A stretch of 57,433 nt of DNA, filler included, from Basidiobolus ranarum (Eukaryota): NCBI GenBank assembly GCA_040143965.1. It is 6 parts of 6 records of this genome, joined end to end, with 100 filler letters (N's around TTAATTAATTAA, not from the genome) between each part and the next. Parts side by side here need not be neighbours in the genome. Positions count along the whole stretch, not along the records: positions 47,958 to 57,433 come from JASJQH010000822.1; 5 more parts are not named here. The stretch is one strand, 5' to 3'. Shown here in pieces: positions 51,584 to 57,433 of this stretch. Under the pieces are notes generated by a model. It did no database searches, was not told the DNA's origin, and saw only the letters and a list, made by a program, of their open reading frames with translations. Numbering within the stretch: the stretch's first letter is position 1; the number at the start of each line of letters is the position of its first letter. The position numbers were made by a program, and so were the translations under genes.

Positions 51584-53215
51584 ATGAAAATCACTCTCCT
51601 CGTTCTCTCAGTCATCTCGGCGTCTATTATCATGACTCCATCAGCCTTAGCTGCTGATGATAAAGTCATTGTGGGCTACTACGTACCTTGGGGAAATGTG
51701 CAACCTAGCCAGCTCAGCTACGATAAAGTAACCCATATCAACTACGGTAAGTATCCCCCAGAATTATGAATTTTCTGTAACAGATAGTTAATAGAGCTTA
51801 TGATTCAAGGTTTTGGTGTGTTAACCAAGAAAGATGATCCAGCCAATATTTTTATTGACCCAGATTATGATGGTCCTGCTATCAGTCAGCTCAAGACTTT
51901 AGCTAGAGCCAAGGGAGTTAAAGTGCAAATATCGATTGGTGGCTGGACTGGTAGTCAGACATTTTCACTCGTAGCTCGTGATGCCGCTCTCCGCCAAAAA
52001 TTCATCAATAATGCTCTCGTGTTTGTTAGAAAAAACACTAAAGCTGATGGAGAAACTCCTAATGGTTGGGATTTAGACGGTATTGATATTGATTGGGAAT
52101 ACCCAGCTAGAGATGGAGCCATTTGTAACGTTAAAGATGCCTCCGATACCGCCAACTATCTGACCCTTCTGAAAGAGCTTAGAGCTGCTCTTGATAAAGA
52201 ATTCCCTAGTGAACATAAACTCATCACCGCCGCTGTCAGAGTTCAACCCTTTGATGGTCCTTATGGCAGCCCACTTAACGATGTATCAGCATTTATTCCA
52301 TACTTTGATTTCATTAATGTTATGGCATACGACATCAATGGTGGATGGTCGGCAACTACCGGTCCTAATGCGCCATTTGACTACGACACTAAGGGTGGTG
52401 ATCCATTTTCCTTCCGCCAGTCCTCAAAGGCCTGGTTAGATGCTAAGTGGCCTGCAAGTAAACTTGTGATGGGTTTGCCATTCTATGGTAGGTCCTTGAC
52501 CGCAACTGTGGATATGAATAGTAATCCTTCAAATCAGTATGCACCTATTCAATCCACCGTACCTAAAGGAGATCCATCTGACTCGAATGCACCAAATGCT
52601 TTCTGTAACGAGGGATCAGTTTATGGTGGACTTTGGGCATGGAAATATCTTCGTAGTGAGATTCTCAAAAATGGATACACTAGCCCTATCGCCGGATGGA
52701 ATCGCTACTGGGATAATACTACTCAAACACCTTGGTTGTTCGGTGCTAGTAATAAGATGTATATCTCTTATGATGATCCTCAATCCCTCAAAATTAAGGC
52801 TGACTATAGCAAGCAGCAAGGGTTCCGTGGGGTGATGTTTTGGGATATGACTAACGATTCCAACGATGAATTACTGAATGCTGTACAAGGTGTTCGTCAA
52901 CCAGGAACCACCACCACTACAACCGCAGTTACTTCCACTGCCACCACTACTAAACCCCCTGTATCAACCACCGTCGCAGGCTCTTCCACTGCCACCGCTA
53001 CCAAGTCATCCGTTTCTACTACCTCCAATATCCCTACAACAACTCCCGGAACCGGTGTTTGTGCTGGCGTTGCAGCATGGACCTCCAGTGTTGCTTATAA
53101 TGGCTCCCAAAAGACCACATACAATGGACATCTTTGGCAAGCAAAGTGGTGGACTCAAAATGATACTCCTGGAAATAACAGTCAGAATGTTTGGACCGAT
53201 TTGGGAGCTTGCTAA
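51584..53215 (+). CDS. Secreted GH18 chitinase with Thr/Ser linker and C-terminal CBM5/12-type chitin-binding module
   Basis: Signal peptide; intron 51747-51809 restores THINYGFG; SIGGW and DGIDIDWEYP (DxDxE) motifs; C-terminal YNGHLWQAKWWTQNDTPG. Confidence 0.95.
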
Positions 53216-54129
53216 TTATGATTACTCTCATCGATCATCTAAGAATTAATTGCAAACAATAATAAATCGAATGATCAATGCCACGCAAACTATAAACGAT
53301 AGAATTTTAAATCATGGCGTAAATCTAACATAGGAAGGTTTTTGAGACATTGTGTATCATAAATGCTTCACATAGAAACATATCTGTGTGCTTTGCTATG
53401 TTCCCAAATTGTTGGTGACACATAGGAATTTTTCTTGACAGAGCAGAACGTTGGAGCAAAACATAGTCCTACTTCGCATTTGTAATATCTAGTGAAATAC
53501 ATAAGGTAATTGTAGCGTGTAGATTTTATGTTACTCAACATTTGTAGTATTTGTGATGAATTGAAAGTATATACAATTAGAACTTGTTACTTTGTTGAAA
53601 CGAAAATCAGTATTTCTACTGACGTTGGACATGCAGAGAAATAACAACGGGGATACATTTCTACCAGATATCCTGTGGTTTCTCAACATTTCTAAAATAT
53701 TCAGTATGCTTTTGCTTTACGAAATATGTTAAACATGCCAATAAGGATGGTTAATTTGACTTGCGAAATATTAGTAAATAATGTTACTGTCCTATTATGA
53801 TAATCGGAAGGTCTTATCAATGGGAGCTGAGAACTTCTGAAACCACATGCTTAATGCTATTAATCATATGTTCTTCTACTGGATTAGTCTACTATCTCTT
53901 GTGATGTCCATGATCAAAGATTTTTCCTTCTCTAGCAATTTCATCCAAGAAAGTGATTAATGTATATGCTATAAAGGTATTAATCAAACTCAGAGTCGAT
54001 GTTTGTACTTATTTTAGCAATATTTGATACTTGATATGGAGAGATTTCGATCAAATCGATCATATTGAAAAGAAGATGATACTTCTATTTGATTGGACTA
54101 CATTTCTCACTTTTTTTGTGGTTTCTTAT

Positions 54130-54137
54130 CTATAAAA
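54130..54137 (+). promoter_or_regulatory. TATA box (CTATAAAA) of the PTR gene
   Basis: About 55 bp upstream of ATG 54192, which favours this start over the ORF-track TTG at 54093. Confidence 0.55.
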
Positions 54138-54191
54138 GAAGCCTCAAAGTCGTTCTTGAAATCTATAACAATTATCAATACACAACCCACC

Positions 54192-55769
54192 ATGAGTGAA
54201 GAAAAAAAGACTGTACCCGACACAGAAGTTGACTACGAAGTAGAGGGCCAACCCAGCCCTGAAGACATTAAGCTTCGTGTTGCTGGAAAAGTTCCTATTG
54301 CCGCTTGGTTTATTATCATCACCGAATTATGTGAGCGCTTTGCCTTTTATGGTGCTTCTCTTCTATTTCAGCCCTACATGCTAAAGATGCTGGGTTTTAG
54401 TAAAGGTACCGCAACTGCAGTAAATAGAGGTTTCCAATTTATGGCATACTTTACCACCATTCTCGGTGCTATTATTGCTGATAGATACCTGGGGAAATTC
54501 AAAACCATCGTCATATTCTCCATTTTTTATATGGTCGGTTTGATCATCTTAGCACTCAGTGCTCTTCCAACTTCCCTTGATGGTAGTTTTGGAGTGATCG
54601 GTTACATCATTGCCTTATATGCATTCATCGCCTTTGGTACCGGTGGCATCAAATCCAATGTTTCGTCATTTGCCGCTGAACAAATCAAAGAGGGACTCTT
54701 TGCCACCAAAACTCCTGGAGTATTTATCGATTCCCAACTCACTGTCGAAAGAATTTTCCGTTTCTTTTATTGGGCTATCAACCTTGGTGCTCTGTTGGGC
54801 CAGTTCATCTGTCCCATTGTTGCTAACAACTACGGATCTTATCCTCTTGCCTTCTCTCTTCCTGCTATCATGTTTGTGTTGGGCCTGGTTATCTTCATTT
54901 CTGCCAAAAGATTCTACTATATTAAGCCTCCATCCGGTACTGTGCTCTCTAAAACTTACAACTGCATCAAGTATGCTCTTTCACATCGTAAAGCTCCTTT
55001 GGATAATGCTAAGACCAATGGTACCATTGAGCATTGGCTGGATTATGCCAAAGTAGATGGATTTGAGTGGAACGATGCCTTTGTGGATGATCTAAAGAAG
55101 ACCCTACGTGCATCTTTAGTGTTCTTATTTTATCCCTTCTACTGGGCTTTGTATTACAACATGTCAGATAACTTCATCAATATGGGTCTTACTATGCAAC
55201 GTCCTTCCTTTATCAGCGGTCCTGAACAACTTAATCTTATCAATAGTCTCGTTCTGGTGGTTGCCATCCCTATATTTGACACTGTTGTCTTTCCAATCTT
55301 GAGAAGAATGGGATGCCGTCTTGGTCCTATCACGAGAATTACCATTGGATTCACCATCGCTACTCTAGCCTTCATTTTTGTTACCGTTCTTCAATCACAA
55401 GTATATAAGACTGGACCTTACTACAATTTCACTGACTTGAGCAACTTACCTGCTGGACAAGATCCAGTCAATGATATTTCCATCTGGTGGCAAATCATTC
55501 CATTCATTGGTATCTCAATCTCGGAGATTTTCGCCTCAGTAACTGGACTTGAATTCGCATTCCGACAAGCAGCACCCGAACTTAAATCAGTGGTTACCGC
55601 TTTGTTCTTATTCACTAATTGTGGTGGTAGTTTGATCGGGTTGATCTTAGCTATTTGGAGTAATGATCCTAACTTTGTCTATGTATTTGGAATTCAAACT
55701 GGTCTCATGGGAGTTATGACAGGGATCTTTTATTTCTTGTTCAGAAAGTACGATACCATCGAATGCTAA
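54192..55769 (+). CDS. PTR2: Proton-dependent oligopeptide transporter (POT/PTR family)
   Basis: ELCERFAFYG (ExxERF motif), GAIIADRYLGKFKTI, GTGGIKSNVS, FYWAINLGAL; many hydrophobic segments; intronless. Confidence 0.95.
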   Translation: MSEEKKTVPDTEVDYEVEGQPSPEDIKLRVAGKVPIAAWFIIITELCERFAFYGASLLFQPYMLKMLGFSKGTATAVNRGFQFMAYFTTILGAIIADRYLGKFKTIVIFSIFYMVGLIILALSALPTSLDGSFGVIGYIIALYAFIAFGTGGIKSNVSSFAAEQIKEGLFATKTPGVFIDSQLTVERIFRFFYWAINLGALLGQFICPIVANNYGSYPLAFSLPAIMFVLGLVIFISAKRFYYIKPPSGTVLSKTYNCIKYALSHRKAPLDNAKTNGTIEHWLDYAKVDGFEWNDAFVDDLKKTLRASLVFLFYPFYWALYYNMSDNFINMGLTMQRPSFISGPEQLNLINSLVLVVAIPIFDTVVFPILRRMGCRLGPITRITIGFTIATLAFIFVTVLQSQVYKTGPYYNFTDLSNLPAGQDPVNDISIWWQIIPFIGISISEIFASVTGLEFAFRQAAPELKSVVTALFLFTNCGGSLIGLILAIWSNDPNFVYVFGIQTGLMGVMTGIFYFLFRKYDTIEC

Positions 55770-56347
55770 TAATTGATTACTACTGACAATTGCTACTACC
55801 TGTAGTTGCTTCTATATATATGTTATTGTTTAATATTGTATAAACTAGTCAATAAATTCTAAAAAAAACTAATGAAATCAAATGATGGTGAGTGATATTA
55901 TTTTCGTTAAAAATTTCTCACCTTTGGAATACCATAAAAATATGGATCAAAGTAGGTCTAAAATACGATTAAAGAGAGAAATAATTTCGTTTAGTAGATA
56001 AAATTCGAACTGTTGCGAAAGTCAAATTTTACAGCTGTTGCAATCTTCACCACAATAGAACTTCCCTTTCATTTTCTCTCTTTCTCAATATTACGAGAGA
56101 AATCAACTTGCCCTATTTAGAGACTGTTGGGACACTCCTTTACTTTGACAATGTAGACAGTTGCTTATATGAAGAGGTTTCTTGTCAATGTTGTAGCTAT
56201 CACACATATCTATGTATTCATGACTCTATTTGTATTACTTTCCATTTACTAAATTCACCCAATAGCATAAACAGCTCAATAGGGGTTTTTCATTTACTCA
56301 GTATTTTATTGATTTCCCATAATCTAAAATTATTATTAAAACAATTG

Positions 56348-56355
56348 CTATAAAA
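56348..56355 (+). promoter_or_regulatory. TATA box of the U6 snRNA gene
   Basis: CTATAAAA about 30 bp upstream of the U6 5' G. Confidence 0.75.
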
Positions 56356-56382
56356 CTAAAATTCCTGACTAAGTAACGTCAA

Positions 56383-56408
56383 GTCCTTCGGGACCTCTGA
56401 CACTTGAA

Positions 56409-56439
<31 letters not shown>

Positions 56440-56500
56440 GGCCCCTGCACAAGGATGACACGTAAATCTTGAGTGGACACCTCTTCGGAGGAAATTTTTT
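56383..56500 (+). ncRNA. U6: U6 spliceosomal snRNA
   Basis: 5' hairpin GTCC-TTCG-GGAC; core AAAATTGGAACGATACAGAGAAGATTAGCATGGCCCCTGCACAAGGATGACAC with the ACAGAGA box, AGC triad and ISL; T6 Pol III terminator at 56495-56500. Confidence 0.97.
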
Positions 56501-57433
56501 GAAACTACCAATGACCTAGTGAAAGTAATTGTAAGTAATTGGGAAAATTGTCGACTGCTTGCTAATTACATCTGGTTTGTATTATTTCATAGCTGGAAAC
56601 TCAGTCTTTTATTTTAAAGTTATTGTATACGATTTCTAATGGATATTTTTATCAGATCCGTGGTAGGCTGATTAATTTTGATTAATATATATATATATAA
56701 AATCGGAGTTTGGAATGCAAAATGTGAAACTTTGGCAAATGCTAAATCTACATCCAACCCCTGGTCAACGATTTCGTAGTTTAAGTAAATATTAAACTAA
56801 TAACGGGAAGAAACAAAAAAAAGATACCCAAGTACAGTTTAACATTGAGACCAGTTGTAAACGAGTACAGTTTCTTTGCATTCCACCTTCATATTCTCAG
56901 TCTCTCGATTAATCGACTAGTCATGGACAGGTATGTAGGACCGTGTAATATCTTGATCAAAGTCATGTTGATTTAATAATGAAAAAAGAAGTGCACAGCA
57001 TGCACTCTCTGAATTCTCCGAATATCATTAAAAATCAATCCAGAAACTATAATATCAATTAATTTTATTCAATACGGACAATACAAACGATCGTGAAAGG
57101 GGAACTACAAAAGGTGTGCAGCTTTAGAAAGTTTTATCTACTTATATCGCGTAGCTAAAAAAGGCATACTCAGCCCCCATATTAGATTTATTAACCGTTC
57201 GCTTATTTCAACTCTGATTGTACACATATCGTCACCTTTTACTGGGAGTTACCTAGCCCTGAATTGATAGCCTCCATCTAGAGCAATTCTATCACTATTA
57301 CGGTATCTAAGCGCACATCAATGTATGACTGTACTTAACGAGCTTTCCAAAGTGCACCAAGTACCTTAGAAATTGGGGTTTTGATTCATCAGCAGGCCTG
57401 CTGACTTGGTATAACTTTTTTTTACGTGACAAC

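Noticed and set aside
54093-54191. N-terminal extension of the PTR transporter in the ORF track
   Set aside because: Starts at TTG and overlaps the TATA box; ATG 54192 is the better start.
15752-56500. A gene cluster linking the STRA6-like gene, RasGEF, chitinase and transporter
   Set aside because: The genes lie on three different size-sorted contigs, so the adjacency is artificial.

Overview
Eukaryotic DNA, most likely from an early-diverging fungus (short GT-AG introns with CTAAC-type branch points, fungal-type genes; a Basidiobolus/Zoopagomycota-like origin is only an inference). The window is not one locus. It holds six contigs of steadily decreasing length (9502, 9495, 9493, 9489, 9478, 9476 bp) joined by identical 100-nt N44-TTAATTAATTAA-N44 linkers. 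Contigs 1, 4 and 5 are CpG-depleted transposon graveyards: a CCC-terminal EnSpm/CACTA-type family with one full-length decayed copy at 1696-6838, Copia, Gypsy and hAT remnants, a solo LTR and a tRNA-like relic. Contig 2 has a probable decayed LINE and the most striking feature, a 10-exon gene (about 828 aa) for a STRA6/RBP-receptor-family membrane protein with a signal peptide and an extra N-terminal ectodomain. Contig 3 has a small orphan ORF, a mucin-like single-pass membrane protein and a RasGEF. Contig 6 has V-ATPase subunit c, a GH18 chitinase with a CBM5/12-type module, a POT/PTR peptide transporter and a U6 snRNA gene with an extra 3' UUCG hairpin. All homology calls come from recalled motifs; no searches were run.
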